From an uncultured Candidatus Actinomarina sp. (GTDB taxonomy: Bacteria; Actinomycetota; Acidimicrobiia; Actinomarinales; Actinomarinaceae), in NCBI GenBank assembly GCA_902610815.1, contig CACLXG010000001.1, forward strand, positions 12,775 to 76,774: 64,000 nucleotides of DNA. The letters are read 5' to 3'. Each line of letters begins with the position of its first letter. The first letter of the stretch is position 1. Positions 23,157 through 32,691 of the stretch are shown piece by piece. Both the position numbers and the translations under genes were made by a program. Below the pieces are notes generated by a model. It ran no database searches. It was not told where the DNA came from and saw nothing but the letters and a program-made list of their open reading frames with translations.

Positions 23157-23217
23157 TTTTCCTTTAACTCTTAACTAATTCGGAATATTAAATTAAGGAA
23201 CTGAACTAAGGAGAAAT

Positions 23218-24420
23218 ATGGAATCAATGATAATTAATTCGGTAGATAGTTTATGGGTTCTCATAGCTGGAATATTGGTTATGTTTATGCAACCAGGCTT
23301 TATGTTGGTTGAAACAGGATTTACAAGATCCAAGAACTCGGTAAACATCGTAATGAAAAACTTTATGGACTTTTCTGTTGGTGCAGTAACATACTGGGCA
23401 TTCGGATTTGCTTTAGCATATGGTGGATCAACTTTAGGTGGTTTTCTCGCATATGGCGACTTTTTTCTAGAAGGTCAAGCTAGTACATATTTCTTTCAAG
23501 TTGTTTTTGCTGCTACAGCTGCAACTATTGTCTCAGGTGCTGTAGCTGAAAGAACTAAATTTAGTGCGTATCTTTTATTTCAACCTTTTATATGTGGAAT
23601 AATTTATCCAATCGTAACTCACTGGGTTTGGAGCGGTCAGGGATGGTTAGGAGACTTAGGATTCATTGACTTTGCTGGCTCAGGAGTTGTTCATATGGTT
23701 GGAGGTTTTGCAGCGCTTGCTGGAGTGATGGTTGTAGGCCCTAGAATTGGTAAATACGATGATAATGGTTCTCCTCTTCCACTTCCTGGAAGTTCTATGG
23801 TTGCCGGAGCATTAGGTGTATTTATATTATGGTTTGGATGGTATGGATTTAATGTAGGTTCAGCCCTTGCTGCTGTAGATGTCAACTTAGCTGCAATTGC
23901 TGTAACAACAACTTTGTCTGCTGCTGCCGCTTCTATTGCCGCAATGTATACTTCAATGATTTCAGGAAAACCAGACGTTAGCATGACACTAAACGGAGCT
24001 TTGGCTGGATTGGTTGGTATAACTGCTGGATGTGCCAATGTAAATAATCTAGGTGCAGTCTTAATAGGGTTAGTTTCTGGAGTTTTAGTTGTTTATTCAA
24101 TAAATTTCTTAGAGAAAAAAGGAATTGACGATGCTGTTGGTGCTATTTCTGTACATGGAATTTGTGGTGCATGGGGAGTACTTGCAGTTGCAATTTTTGA
24201 TACAACAGATGGATTATTTTTTGGTGGATCATCGCTTTTTGTTCCTCAGCTTATTGGGATTGCAGCTATAGGTGCTTGGGCATTTTTAACTTCATACGGA
24301 GTTTTAAAAGCTATTGATAACATCGTAGGATTACGAGTAACACCTGAAGAAGAGATTGCAGGATTAGATGCTTCAGAGCATGGTACCTCTGCGTACGGAG
24401 ATTTTATTACAAAAAAATAA
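23218..24420 (+). CDS. amtB: Ammonium transporter
   Basis: FMQPGF, SGAVAER, DFAGSGVVH, LWFGWYGFN, DDAVGAISVHG, EEIAGLDASEHG. Confidence 0.97.
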   Translation: MESMIINSVDSLWVLIAGILVMFMQPGFMLVETGFTRSKNSVNIVMKNFMDFSVGAVTYWAFGFALAYGGSTLGGFLAYGDFFLEGQASTYFFQVVFAATAATIVSGAVAERTKFSAYLLFQPFICGIIYPIVTHWVWSGQGWLGDLGFIDFAGSGVVHMVGGFAALAGVMVVGPRIGKYDDNGSPLPLPGSSMVAGALGVFILWFGWYGFNVGSALAAVDVNLAAIAVTTTLSAAAASIAAMYTSMISGKPDVSMTLNGALAGLVGITAGCANVNNLGAVLIGLVSGVLVVYSINFLEKKGIDDAVGAISVHGICGAWGVLAVAIFDTTDGLFFGGSSLFVPQLIGIAAIGAWAFLTSYGVLKAIDNIVGLRVTPEEEIAGLDASEHGTSAYGDFITKK

Positions 24421-24421
24421 T

Positions 24422-24530
24422 AAAAGCTGAAAATCAGCCACAACTCATTTAGGTTTCCCCCTTTTTGACCGATTGGGCTGATTTTCATCTTTTAAATAGT
24501 TGAGTTTTGAAGTATTATTGGGGGACAATG
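24422..24530 (+). ncRNA. Candidate structured cis-regulatory RNA between amtB and gltB
   Basis: Perfect 12-bp stem 24428-24439/24476-24487; enclosed TCCCCC is complementary to the gltB RBS GGGGGA; not matched to any family I recognise. Confidence 0.45.
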
Positions 24531-27500
24531 TTCGACTTTTCTGAAAAAGACTCATGTGGTGTAGGCTTTATTGCCTCAAGAAATATTCCCCCAACTCATG
24601 GAATGACTTTAAAGGTTTTAGAGTGCCTTGCTAATTTAGACCACAGAGGTGCAAAATTTGCTGATGGAACAGGAGACGGAGCAGGTGTTCTTACTGAAAT
24701 TCCATTTGAACTTATAAGAGCAGAGTTAGCTGAATTAAATATAGAACATGATACAAACAAAAAAATTGGAATTATTTCATGTTTTTTTGATCCAAAAAAT
24801 ATAGATGAGTCAATCGAATTAATAAATAATGAATTAAAAGAATTTAACATTAAACATTTATATTGGCGAAAAGTACCAACAGATAAACAAATTCTTGGGA
24901 CCCTTGCTAGAGAATCAAAGCCATCAATTTATCAAGGAATTCTAAGTGCAGAGAAAGAATCTCCTAAAGATTTTGAAAAGAAATTGTATTTATTTAGAAA
25001 AACTTTAGAACGAAAAATTGCAGAAATAGATTTTCTTAATATTCATATAAACTCCTGTTCCTCAAAGACTGTGGTTTACAAAGGTCTTTTTACTGCAAAG
25101 CAAACAGCAGATTTTTATTGGGATTTAAGAAATCCTCTCTACAAAACACGATTTGGTATATTTCATCAAAGATTTTCAACAAACACATCTTCAACTTGGG
25201 ATAAAGCTCAACCGTTTAGAATGCTTGCTCATAATGGCGAAATCAACACAATTCAATCTAACTATTCCTGGATGAAGGCTAGAGAAGTTGATGCTACATC
25301 ATCATACTGGAAAGATGATATTCAGAGTATTAAACCATTTATTGATGAATCTATTTCTGACTCAGGACAACTTGATAATGCAATTGAGTTATTAGTAAGA
25401 TCTGGACGTACTCTTGCACATTCTCAAGAAATGCTCATTCCTTCAGCATGGGAAAACAATCCAAGATTTACAAAGAAGCAGAAGGCGTTTTATCAATACC
25501 ATTCTTTTTTAACTGAGCCTTGGGATGGGCCGGCAGCAATTATTGCTTCAGATGGAAGAGACATTATTGCTGGGTTAGATAGAAGTGGTTTAAGACCTAT
25601 GCGTTGGATGGTTTCAGATAGATATGTCTTAGCTGCATCAGAAGTAGGTATTTGTCCTTCAGTTGAAGCCGGAGCTTATAAAACAGCCCAATTAGAACCT
25701 GGCCAAACTATTAGGTACAGAATTGAAAATGATGAACTTTTAGACGAAAGTCAGGTGATTACAAAACTTAGTGAGAAAAATCCATATATAGAATGGGTGA
25801 ACTCAAAACCGCTTGAAGTTGATCAAACTTTTAATGAGGAAAAAGATAATGCTATAGACGTAGAAAGTCTCACAGATTTTTATGAATACACACCAGAGGA
25901 AGAAAGGTTAATTCTATTACCTATGCTAAAAGGAGAGATACCTACTGGGTCAATGGGAAATGACACTTCCTTGGCAGTGATGAGTAAAAATAGCCCTAGG
26001 TTATCAAGGTATTTTCATCAATTATTCGCGCAAGTTACAAATCCTCCAATTGACCCGATCCGTGAAAGATTTGTTATGTCTACAAAAACATACCTTGGTA
26101 AGAGAGGATCTATTTTAAAAGAAACAGCTCAGCAAGCGAACCTAATATCCTTGGATTCTCCAATATTAAGCGGTGCGTCATTCGATTCTTTAACTGAAAA
26201 TAAAAGCCTTAAAAATAAGACAATTGTTATTTCAACGACATTTATAAAAGAAAATAAGACAGTAGAAGAGGCATTAGATGATATTTGTGAAAAAGTTAAA
26301 TCAGAGATTTTAGAAAATAATAAATCAGTAATTATATTTTCAGATAGAGAGATTAAACCAGGAGAGTCTGTAGTGCCGTCTTTGATGGTTATTGGTAAAG
26401 TACACCACTATTTAATTGACGCTGGAATAAGACTTAAAGCTTCTTTAATTTCAGTTTCTGGAGAAATAAGAGATTCTCACGATGTTGCTTGTCATATTTC
26501 TTACGGTGCCTCTGCTGTTTGGCCATATTTAGCTTTAGAGAAAGTACGAGAATTATCTATTCAAAATGAAACTTTAAATATTTCTATCGAACAAGCTCAG
26601 GAAAATTACCGAAAGTCTTTGAACAAAGGTCTGTTAAAAATTATGTCAAAAATGGGTATATGTACAATATCGTCTTATAGAGGTTCGGAGTTATTTGAAA
26701 TCATAGGACTTAATAGTGAGATCATTAATAACGTGTTTAAATTTTCAAAAACAAGAACTGAGGGTTATGGGTTTGAACACTTCAATAAAAATTTAAGAAT
26801 ATACCAGCAGGAAGAACGTACAGAAATTCTGAATGGAATTGGTGGTTTCTATAAGCACAAAAAAGATGCAGAAACACACGTAACTTCACCAAAAACTGTT
26901 TTAAAACTTCAAAAAGCTGTGAGGTCTGGTGAATTGTCAGACTGGCACAACTATCTTGAAACACTTGAAGATAGAGATGATGTACAATTAAGAGATTTAT
27001 TTTCACTTCCAGAAACTACTAACAACAATGTTGTTTTAGAAGATGATTCTCTAAAAGATTTATATAAGAAATTTACTGTCAGCTCAATGTCACTTGGGGC
27101 ACTTTCTGAAGAAGCTCACCAGGCTTTGGCTACAGCAATAAATCAAATTGGGGGAAAATCAGGTTCTGGTGAAGGCGGTGAGGATCCGGCGAGATTTGGT
27201 AATGAAAAGAATTCAAAGATAAAGCAAATTGCTTCTGGAAGGTTTGGAGTTACACCTGATTATCTTGCCTCTGCTGAAGAATTTCAAATTAAAATGGCTC
27301 AAGGTTCAAAACCTGGTGAAGGTGGTCAACTACCTGGTTTTAAAGTCGATAAGCATATTGCAAAATTAAGACATACTGTTGAAGGCGTTACTCTAATATC
27401 TCCACCACCACATCATGATATATATTCAATTGAAGATTTAGCTCAATTGATATATGACTTAAAAACGTTTAATCCAGATAACCCTGTTTCTGTAAAGCTT

Positions 27501-28913
27501 GTATCGGAACCTGGTGTTGGAACAATTGCAGTAGGAGTAGCAAAAGCTGGTGCTGACATTATTACTATTGCTGGTAGTGATGGTGGAACTGGGGCTAGTC
27601 CTTGGATAAGTATTAAGCATGCTGGATCTCCATGGGAACTTGGTCTAAGTGAAACTCACCAAGCTCTTGTAAAAAACAACATGCGACATAAAGTTTTGAT
27701 TGAAGTTGATGGTGGCCTAAGGTCTGCAAAAGATGTAATAATTGGAACTATATTGGGTGCAGATCGATTTGGATTTGGAACACTACCTTTGCTGGCTCTT
27801 GGGTGCAAAATGGTTAGACAATGTCATGAAAATACCTGTCCAGTTGGAATCGCAACTCAAGATGAAAATCTTAGAGCTAAATTCCCAGGTGCTCCTGAAC
27901 AAGTCGTACAATTATTTAAATTCATAGCTAATGATGTAATGGCGTATCTAGATAAATTTGGTGTAGATGATATTGAAGATTTACTAGGTAGAGCAGATCT
28001 TTTGGGATTAAAGATTTCTAATAGTGATCTATCTAAAAGTCTTCATAAAATATTGATGAACTTTTCTATAGAAGAAAAACACCCAGGTTTTATTAGGCAT
28101 AGTGAAGGCCGTTTATCAAGAAGAATTACTTCTGAAGTTATTCGATCCGTAGAAAGAGGAGAGAAATCTTTCCTTCAGTATCCAATTTCAAATGAAGATA
28201 GAAGTATCGGTGCTAGATTATCTGGAGAAGTTACATTAAGAAAGTTATCTACAAAACTTGCCGAGAACCCAACAACAATAAGTTTATCTGGTGCAGCCGG
28301 ACAAAGCTTTGGAGCATTTATTAGAGATGGTATTAATTTGAAATTAACTGGTAATGCCAATGATTATGTTGCAAAGGGCATGGGTGGTGGAAGCGTTACA
28401 ATTATTCCACAAGGAAGAAAAATGCAAGGAGCATTTCATGCTGCTGGAAATACAATTCTCTATGGTGCTACTGGAGGACAACTTTTTATTGCTGGCACAG
28501 TAGGTCAAAGATTTGGAGTAAGAAATAGTGGTGCAATTGGAGTTGTTGAAGGTTGCAGTGCTCATGGTGCAGAATATATGACAGGAGGTACCTTAGTCAT
28601 TCTCGGGAACATAGGATTTAATTTTGCTGCTGGAATGACAGGAGGCAAAGCAATTGTCCTAAAGACACAAAAGAATTTTGAACAATATATTTCAGAAACT
28701 GCACCTGAATATAAGAAAATGTCTGACATAGACAAATTGGAACTAAAAACATTATTAGAAATTCATATGGAAAAAACAAACTCTGAAACGGCTAAAAAGA
28801 TTTTAGATAAATTCGATAATTGGGAAAACATGTTTGCTGTATTTGGGGGCATTGCAGAGGTTGAAAAAGACTCTGTTCAACTAAAGCCAGAAAATGTCAA
28901 GGCGTTAGATTAA
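24528..28913 (+). CDS. gltB: Glutamate synthase large subunit (no adjacent gltD)
   Basis: CGVGF N-terminus, HQRFSTNT, EPWDGPA, QIASGRFGV, HHDIYSIEDLAQLI, C..CH..CPVGIATQ, GXG repeats; start at ATG 24528. Confidence 0.97.
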   Translation: MFDFSEKDSCGVGFIASRNIPPTHGMTLKVLECLANLDHRGAKFADGTGDGAGVLTEIPFELIRAELAELNIEHDTNKKIGIISCFFDPKNIDESIELINNELKEFNIKHLYWRKVPTDKQILGTLARESKPSIYQGILSAEKESPKDFEKKLYLFRKTLERKIAEIDFLNIHINSCSSKTVVYKGLFTAKQTADFYWDLRNPLYKTRFGIFHQRFSTNTSSTWDKAQPFRMLAHNGEINTIQSNYSWMKAREVDATSSYWKDDIQSIKPFIDESISDSGQLDNAIELLVRSGRTLAHSQEMLIPSAWENNPRFTKKQKAFYQYHSFLTEPWDGPAAIIASDGRDIIAGLDRSGLRPMRWMVSDRYVLAASEVGICPSVEAGAYKTAQLEPGQTIRYRIENDELLDESQVITKLSEKNPYIEWVNSKPLEVDQTFNEEKDNAIDVESLTDFYEYTPEEERLILLPMLKGEIPTGSMGNDTSLAVMSKNSPRLSRYFHQLFAQVTNPPIDPIRERFVMSTKTYLGKRGSILKETAQQANLISLDSPILSGASFDSLTENKSLKNKTIVISTTFIKENKTVEEALDDICEKVKSEILENNKSVIIFSDREIKPGESVVPSLMVIGKVHHYLIDAGIRLKASLISVSGEIRDSHDVACHISYGASAVWPYLALEKVRELSIQNETLNISIEQAQENYRKSLNKGLLKIMSKMGICTISSYRGSELFEIIGLNSEIINNVFKFSKTRTEGYGFEHFNKNLRIYQQEERTEILNGIGGFYKHKKDAETHVTSPKTVLKLQKAVRSGELSDWHNYLETLEDRDDVQLRDLFSLPETTNNNVVLEDDSLKDLYKKFTVSSMSLGALSEEAHQALATAINQIGGKSGSGEGGEDPARFGNEKNSKIKQIASGRFGVTPDYLASAEEFQIKMAQGSKPGEGGQLPGFKVDKHIAKLRHTVEGVTLISPPPHHDIYSIEDLAQLIYDLKTFNPDNPVSVKLVSEPGVGTIAVGVAKAGADIITIAGSDGGTGASPWISIKHAGSPWELGLSETHQALVKNNMRHKVLIEVDGGLRSAKDVIIGTILGADRFGFGTLPLLALGCKMVRQCHENTCPVGIATQDENLRAKFPGAPEQVVQLFKFIANDVMAYLDKFGVDDIEDLLGRADLLGLKISNSDLSKSLHKILMNFSIEEKHPGFIRHSEGRLSRRITSEVIRSVERGEKSFLQYPISNEDRSIGARLSGEVTLRKLSTKLAENPTTISLSGAAGQSFGAFIRDGINLKLTGNANDYVAKGMGGGSVTIIPQGRKMQGAFHAAGNTILYGATGGQLFIAGTVGQRFGVRNSGAIGVVEGCSAHGAEYMTGGTLVILGNIGFNFAAGMTGGKAIVLKTQKNFEQYISETAPEYKKMSDIDKLELKTLLEIHMEKTNSETAKKILDKFDNWENMFAVFGGIAEVEKDSVQLKPENVKALD

Positions 28914-28954
28914 TTAGTACTACTAAAAAAAATATAATCATTTAGCATAAAAAT

Positions 28955-29893
28955 ATGGGAAAAATAAAAACCTCTTATGATTCAATTCAGTGGTCCAATG
29001 TTTTGGAGATGGTATACGAATCACGTATTGATTCGGTTGGATTAAATGAAAGAGTAAACTCACTTGCAACAAGAAGTATAAAAAAAGATTCAAAATTAGA
29101 AGCATTAAATATGATTGTTTCAATGTGCGATCTAACTACTCTTGAAGGAGAAGATACTGAAGGTAAGATATCTCAAATGGTTGCAAAAGCAATTAAACCT
29201 AACCCTTTAGACTCCTCAGTGCCAAGTGTTGCAGCAGTGTGTGTTTATCCTTCACTAGTTGGTACTGCTAAAGAGAAAGTACAAAACTCTAATGTTAAAG
29301 TTGCCGCTGTATCTTCATATTTTCCAAGTGGACAAGTGCCTATGGAGTCAAAATTATTAGATACAAAATATGCTATTGAATCTGGTGCAGATGAAATAGA
29401 TATTGTTATTAATAGAAAAGCTTTTCTTGAGGGAGACTATAGAAAAGTATATGACGAAATAGTTGCTTTAAAAGAGGTGTGCCAAGATGTTCACTTAAAA
29501 ACAATACTTGAAGTAGGTGATCTAAAAACTTATGAAAATATAAGAAAAGCTAGCCTTATTTCATTAGCTGCTGGTTCTGATTTTATAAAAACATCAACCG
29601 GTAAATTATCTATCGGCTCTTCAAGACAAGCTTGTTATGTAATGCTTAAGTCTGTATTAGATTTTGAATCTATGACAGGAGTAAAAGCTGGTATCAAGGT
29701 AGCAGGAGGTATTAGAGATGCAAAAGATGCTATTCGATATTTAGTAATGATAAATGAAGAAATGGGATCTGATTGGTTGAATCCAGAGTTATTTAGATTT
29801 GGGGCATCAAGCCTGCTAGATGATGTATTAAAACAAATAAAAAAACTAAAAACAGGGGCCTATCAAGCTGGCTATTATTTTCCTAGGGGATGA
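28955..29893 (+). CDS. deoC: Deoxyribose-phosphate aldolase (long type)
   Basis: DLTTLEG, AAVCVYP, GADEIDIV, FIKTSTGK, KVAGGIR, FRFGASSLL. Confidence 0.96.
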   Translation: MGKIKTSYDSIQWSNVLEMVYESRIDSVGLNERVNSLATRSIKKDSKLEALNMIVSMCDLTTLEGEDTEGKISQMVAKAIKPNPLDSSVPSVAAVCVYPSLVGTAKEKVQNSNVKVAAVSSYFPSGQVPMESKLLDTKYAIESGADEIDIVINRKAFLEGDYRKVYDEIVALKEVCQDVHLKTILEVGDLKTYENIRKASLISLAAGSDFIKTSTGKLSIGSSRQACYVMLKSVLDFESMTGVKAGIKVAGGIRDAKDAIRYLVMINEEMGSDWLNPELFRFGASSLLDDVLKQIKKLKTGAYQAGYYFPRG

Positions 29894-29899
29894 TTTAAT

Positions 29900-31339
29900 A
29901 TGATTGATTGGCAATACTCGGAATCTATAGAATCACCAGACATAGTGTCTATTAAAAAAAAGTATACAAATTATATTGGTGGTAAATTTGTAGAACCAAA
30001 GAGTAAAAAATATATAAATACTATTTCACCTTCAACAGAAGAATTATTATCGAAAGTCCCACTATCAAATGAAAAAGATATAAACAATGCTGTAAATTCT
30101 GCAAAAGAAGGATTTGAAGTTTGGTCTAAACTGACACCAAATCAACGATCACGATATTTATTTAAAATAGCCAGGTTAATACAAGAAAGATCAAGAGAAT
30201 TTGCAGTTTTAGAATCACTTGACGGTGGAAAGCCAATTAAGGAGTCCAGAGATTTTGATTTACCACAGGTAGCGGCTAATTTTTTCTATTTTGCTGGATG
30301 GGCAGACAAATTAGATCTTTCTTGGGCAACAAAAAGCCTAAAACCATATGGGGTAGTAGGTCAAATAATACCTTGGAACTTCCCACTATTAATGCTTGCT
30401 TGGAAAATTGCACCTGCTTTAGCTACCGGAAATACAGTTGTGTTAAAGCCTGCAGAAACCACACCACTGACAGCTTTACTATTCGCTGAAATCTGTGAAC
30501 AAGCAGGCCTTCCTCCTGGAGTCGTCAACATAGTTACTGGAGATGGGTCAACAGGTTCACTTATAGTTAATCACAAAGATATAAACAAAATTGCTTTTAC
30601 AGGATCTACTCAAGTTGGAAAACTTATACAGAAATCACTAGCTGGTAGAGATGTCGGGCTTACTCTTGAATTAGGAGGCAAAGCTGCAAATATTGTGTAT
30701 GAAGATGCTGCAATCGATCAAGCTGTCGAAGGAGTAGTAAATGGTATATTTTTCAACCAAGGTCATGTATGCTGTGCTGGCAGCAGGCTGCTTCTTCAAG
30801 AGTCAATACATGATGAATTTGTTAAAAAATTAGAGAAAAGAATGCAGTCGCTTAGAGTTGGAAACCCATTAGATAAAAACACTGACATTGGTGCTATAAA
30901 CTCAAAAGAACAGTTAGATAAAATTACTGGTTTAGTTAATGAAGGTGTTGAAGATGGTGGCGAATTGTTTCAAACTGAATGTGAATTACCAGGTAATGGA
31001 TTTTGGTTTAGACCAACTTTGTTTACTAATGTTCAACCTTCTTACTCAATTGCTAGAGAAGAGATTTTTGGCCCTGTTTTGACAACTTTAACTTTCAGGA
31101 CACCAGAAGAAGCAGTTGAAATAGCAAACAATACTGAGTATGGTTTATCAGCTGGAGTGTGGACTGAAAAAGGATCTAAAATATTGTGGACTGCAGATAG
31201 GCTTGATGCTGGTGTTGTTTGGGCCAATACATTCAATAAGTTTGATCCTTCGTCTCCATTTGGGGGATATAAAGAATCAGGATTCGGAAGAGAAGGTGGA
31301 AGGCACGGCCTTCTTTCATATTTAAAGGCATCGTCATGA
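29900..31339 (+). CDS. Aldehyde dehydrogenase, full length
   Basis: IIPWNFP, FTGST, LELGGK, catalytic Cys in FNQGHVCCAG, EEIFGP, PFGGYKESG. Confidence 0.96.
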   Translation: MIDWQYSESIESPDIVSIKKKYTNYIGGKFVEPKSKKYINTISPSTEELLSKVPLSNEKDINNAVNSAKEGFEVWSKLTPNQRSRYLFKIARLIQERSREFAVLESLDGGKPIKESRDFDLPQVAANFFYFAGWADKLDLSWATKSLKPYGVVGQIIPWNFPLLMLAWKIAPALATGNTVVLKPAETTPLTALLFAEICEQAGLPPGVVNIVTGDGSTGSLIVNHKDINKIAFTGSTQVGKLIQKSLAGRDVGLTLELGGKAANIVYEDAAIDQAVEGVVNGIFFNQGHVCCAGSRLLLQESIHDEFVKKLEKRMQSLRVGNPLDKNTDIGAINSKEQLDKITGLVNEGVEDGGELFQTECELPGNGFWFRPTLFTNVQPSYSIAREEIFGPVLTTLTFRTPEEAVEIANNTEYGLSAGVWTEKGSKILWTADRLDAGVVWANTFNKFDPSSPFGGYKESGFGREGGRHGLLSYLKASS

Positions 31340-32163
31340 TAGATATTAAGAAAACTTACAAAAATTATGTTGATGGTAAGTATGTTCGTTCAGAATCTGG
31401 AAAAACATATACTAAGGAATTAAAAAATGAATTTTATGAATTACCGCTAACTTCAAAAAAAGATATTAGAGATGCTGTTACATCATCTAAAGATGGTTAT
31501 AAGAAATGGTCTTCAACAACCCCTTATTTAAGAATGCAAATTCTTTATCGTTTATCAGAGATGATTGAAGGAAACAAAGAAAGCTATGTTGAGCTACTTA
31601 TGGATCACGGTTTAACAAAACAAAAAGCAACTAAAGATATAGATGAATCGATACAAAATATAGTTTGGTTTGCTGGATTAGCAGATAAATGGGAACAATT
31701 AGCAGGTAATCTAAATCCTGTTTCAGAAGAATATTTTAATATTTCACATCAAAATCCTATAGGTGTTGTCTTTTCATTGAGTGGTTCGAATATATCTTTA
31801 AATGAGTTATTAATGAGTATTCTCCCATCGTTAACAGTTGGTTGTTCAGTAATATCATATTCTGAGGAAAATAGTGTTTTGGCATTAAAATTTGCTGAGG
31901 ATATTAATAATTCCGATTTTCCATCTGGTTCTTTGAATATACTTTCTGGAAAATTTGAAAATATTCTTAATGATGTTAGTAAACATGTTGAAATAAATTT
32001 AGTGGCAATCCATAAAGACCTGAATAATGGTGGGTTAAAAGCTATAGAGCAGAATGCTTCTGAATCTGTTAAAAGAGTATTTTCAAAACCATCTATCGAA
32101 GGTCTATCATCTATTCTTCCTTACCTTGAAACTAAAACAGTCTGGCATCCTAAAGGCACATAA
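31336..32163 (+). CDS. Truncated ALDH-family protein (no catalytic domain)
   Basis: KTYKNYVDGKYVRSESG, WFAGLADK, C-terminal ETKTVWHPKG; lacks ELGGK and the catalytic Cys region. Confidence 0.85.
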   Translation: MIDIKKTYKNYVDGKYVRSESGKTYTKELKNEFYELPLTSKKDIRDAVTSSKDGYKKWSSTTPYLRMQILYRLSEMIEGNKESYVELLMDHGLTKQKATKDIDESIQNIVWFAGLADKWEQLAGNLNPVSEEYFNISHQNPIGVVFSLSGSNISLNELLMSILPSLTVGCSVISYSEENSVLALKFAEDINNSDFPSGSLNILSGKFENILNDVSKHVEINLVAIHKDLNNGGLKAIEQNASESVKRVFSKPSIEGLSSILPYLETKTVWHPKGT

Positions 32164-32213
32164 ACTGTCTTACCTTCAAATTAATATTTCGTTATTACTA
32201 AATTAACCCTGTT

Positions 32214-32242
32214 TAAGCTGTCTTGACTGCCAAGACAGCTTA
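32214..32242. terminator. Perfect hairpin, probable terminator after the deoC-ALDH genes
   Basis: TAAGCTGTCTTG-ACTGC-CAAGACAGCTTA 12-bp stem followed by TTC. Confidence 0.65.
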
Positions 32243-32265
32243 TTCATATAAGTTGCTATTATTAC

Positions 32266-32691
32266 ATGATGGTTGAGGATAATCTCGAAAATAGATTAAA
32301 AAACGAAGGTATGCCATTACCAAATGTATGGGTTGAGCTTGAAGGTGAGTTTTTAGATTTCAATAAAGAAAAGCAAACATTAAGGTGTAAGTTTCCTGTT
32401 CGTGAAAGATATTTTAACCCCCTCCCAACAACACTTGGAGGAATTATTGATTCATGGATAGATATTACCATGGGCCCCCTAACTGTTTTACTAGGTCAAA
32501 GAGCAGTCAGTAAAAATTTTTCAATAAAATATTTAAAACCCGTTGGTCCTTCTATTGAATATGTCACAGCGGTTGCTTGGAGAGAGAGCATTGTTGGTCG
32601 TGATAGTTTGTATAAAGGGGAACTTTATTTAGATAATGGCACGTTAGCTGCTGTTGCTGAATCAGAATTTGTTGAAATAAGAAAATCTTAG
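32266..32691 (+). CDS. PaaI-family (hotdog fold) thioesterase
   Basis: NP..TLGG.I..WID..MG, IKYLKPV pattern. Confidence 0.8.
   Translation: MMVEDNLENRLKNEGMPLPNVWVELEGEFLDFNKEKQTLRCKFPVRERYFNPLPTTLGGIIDSWIDITMGPLTVLLGQRAVSKNFSIKYLKPVGPSIEYVTAVAWRESIVGRDSLYKGELYLDNGTLAAVAESEFVEIRKS

Noticed and set aside
24246..24488. 80-aa minus-strand ORF across the amtB end and the hairpin
   Set aside because: Antisense to amtB with no recognisable motif; the region is better explained as RNA structure
31336..32163. Short ALDH as a pseudogene
   Set aside because: Intact ORF with coupled start, clean loss of one domain and a conserved C-terminus; no frameshift remnant seen
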